This document shows, one piece after another, positions 63,759 to 64,000 of a DNA stretch of 64,000 nucleotides. Numbering within the stretch: position 1 is the stretch's first letter; each line of letters opens with the position of its first letter. Made by a program: the position numbers and the translations under genes. Source of the DNA: Gammaproteobacteria bacterium (GTDB lineage: Bacteria; Pseudomonadota; Gammaproteobacteria; Eutrophobiales; Eutrophobiaceae); the NCBI GenBank assembly GCA_965243205.1, contig CBDEUK010000002.1, positions 1,088,001-1,152,000 of the forward strand, given 5' to 3'. Below the pieces are notes generated by a model that was given only the letters and a program-made list of their open reading frames with translations, was not told the origin of the DNA and searched no databases.

Positions 63759-63885
63759 GCAATAAGCAGACCAATTTTTTAAGTAATTGATTTTAATATA
63801 AATATATCAATTAATTTTGTCTTTAGAATAAAATGCTGCACCACAATAGTTCAAAACTAATAATGCATTGTTCTAATTAAGTGCT
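63759..63885 (-). promoter_or_regulatory. Sigma54 promoter of the porin with IHF and NtrC-like sites
   Basis: TGGTCT-GCTTA-TTGC (63773-63759); IHF AATCAA-TTAC-TTA (63792-63780); TGCACCACAATAGTTCA (63837-63853); TGTTCTAATTAAGTGCT (63869-63885). Confidence 0.72.
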
Positions 63886-63949
63886 ACTTGTGATGTGACT
63901 TGTATGGGTAAGCGATATTTTTTATGCAAAAAATTATTATATGGAGAAT

Positions 63950-64000
63950 CTATTTAGCTCGGTCACGTCTGGCCTGTTTTGGATCAATTTTGATCGGTCT
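63950..64000 (-). CDS. Possible 3' end of an unidentified gene entering from outside the window
   Basis: Open frame RPIKIDPKQARRDRAK* at the window edge; too short to identify. Confidence 0.3.
   Translation of the reverse strand, partial: RPIKIDPKQARRDRAK

Overview
Chromosomal segment of an AT-rich gammaproteobacterium. It carries the conserved backbone asd-leuB, dapC-dapD, glmM-ftsH-rlmE, greA-carB-carA, typA, dapB, dnaJ-dnaK-grpE-hrcA, nadK-recN and fur-bamE. Accessory genes are inserted between these. The window ends in a complete ~18 kb nitrate-assimilation cluster: porin, nasT-nasS, ABC transporter, NarK, a PP2C/kinase fusion, nirBD, a diaphorase and nasA. I saw no rRNA, tRNA, CRISPR array, transposase or integrase. 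Regulatory sites that can be read directly: two sigma32 promoters, a CIRCE, a Fur box, an ECF16/SigF-type promoter, five clear sigma54 promoters plus one imperfect one (most with NtrC-like or other enhancer sites, two with consensus IHF sites), two ANTAR (NasT) antitermination leaders and a carA attenuator. Most unusual features: (1) a ~400-bp non-coding two-armed palindromic element (24830-25227) with CsrA-type GGA hairpin loops on both strands and related fragments elsewhere; (2) a full sigma54 promoter driving an unannotated 50-codon ORF; (3) a SigF/NrsF module whose apparent target is a spondin-domain protein; (4) a tripartite exporter whose ABC ATPase motifs are all degenerate; (5) a Fur-boxed pair of tiny unknown genes; (6) a minimal PEP-CTERM protein; (7) NasT leaders on the porin and ABC uptake genes but not on the reductases. 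All calls come from reading the sequence by eye; no database searches were run.
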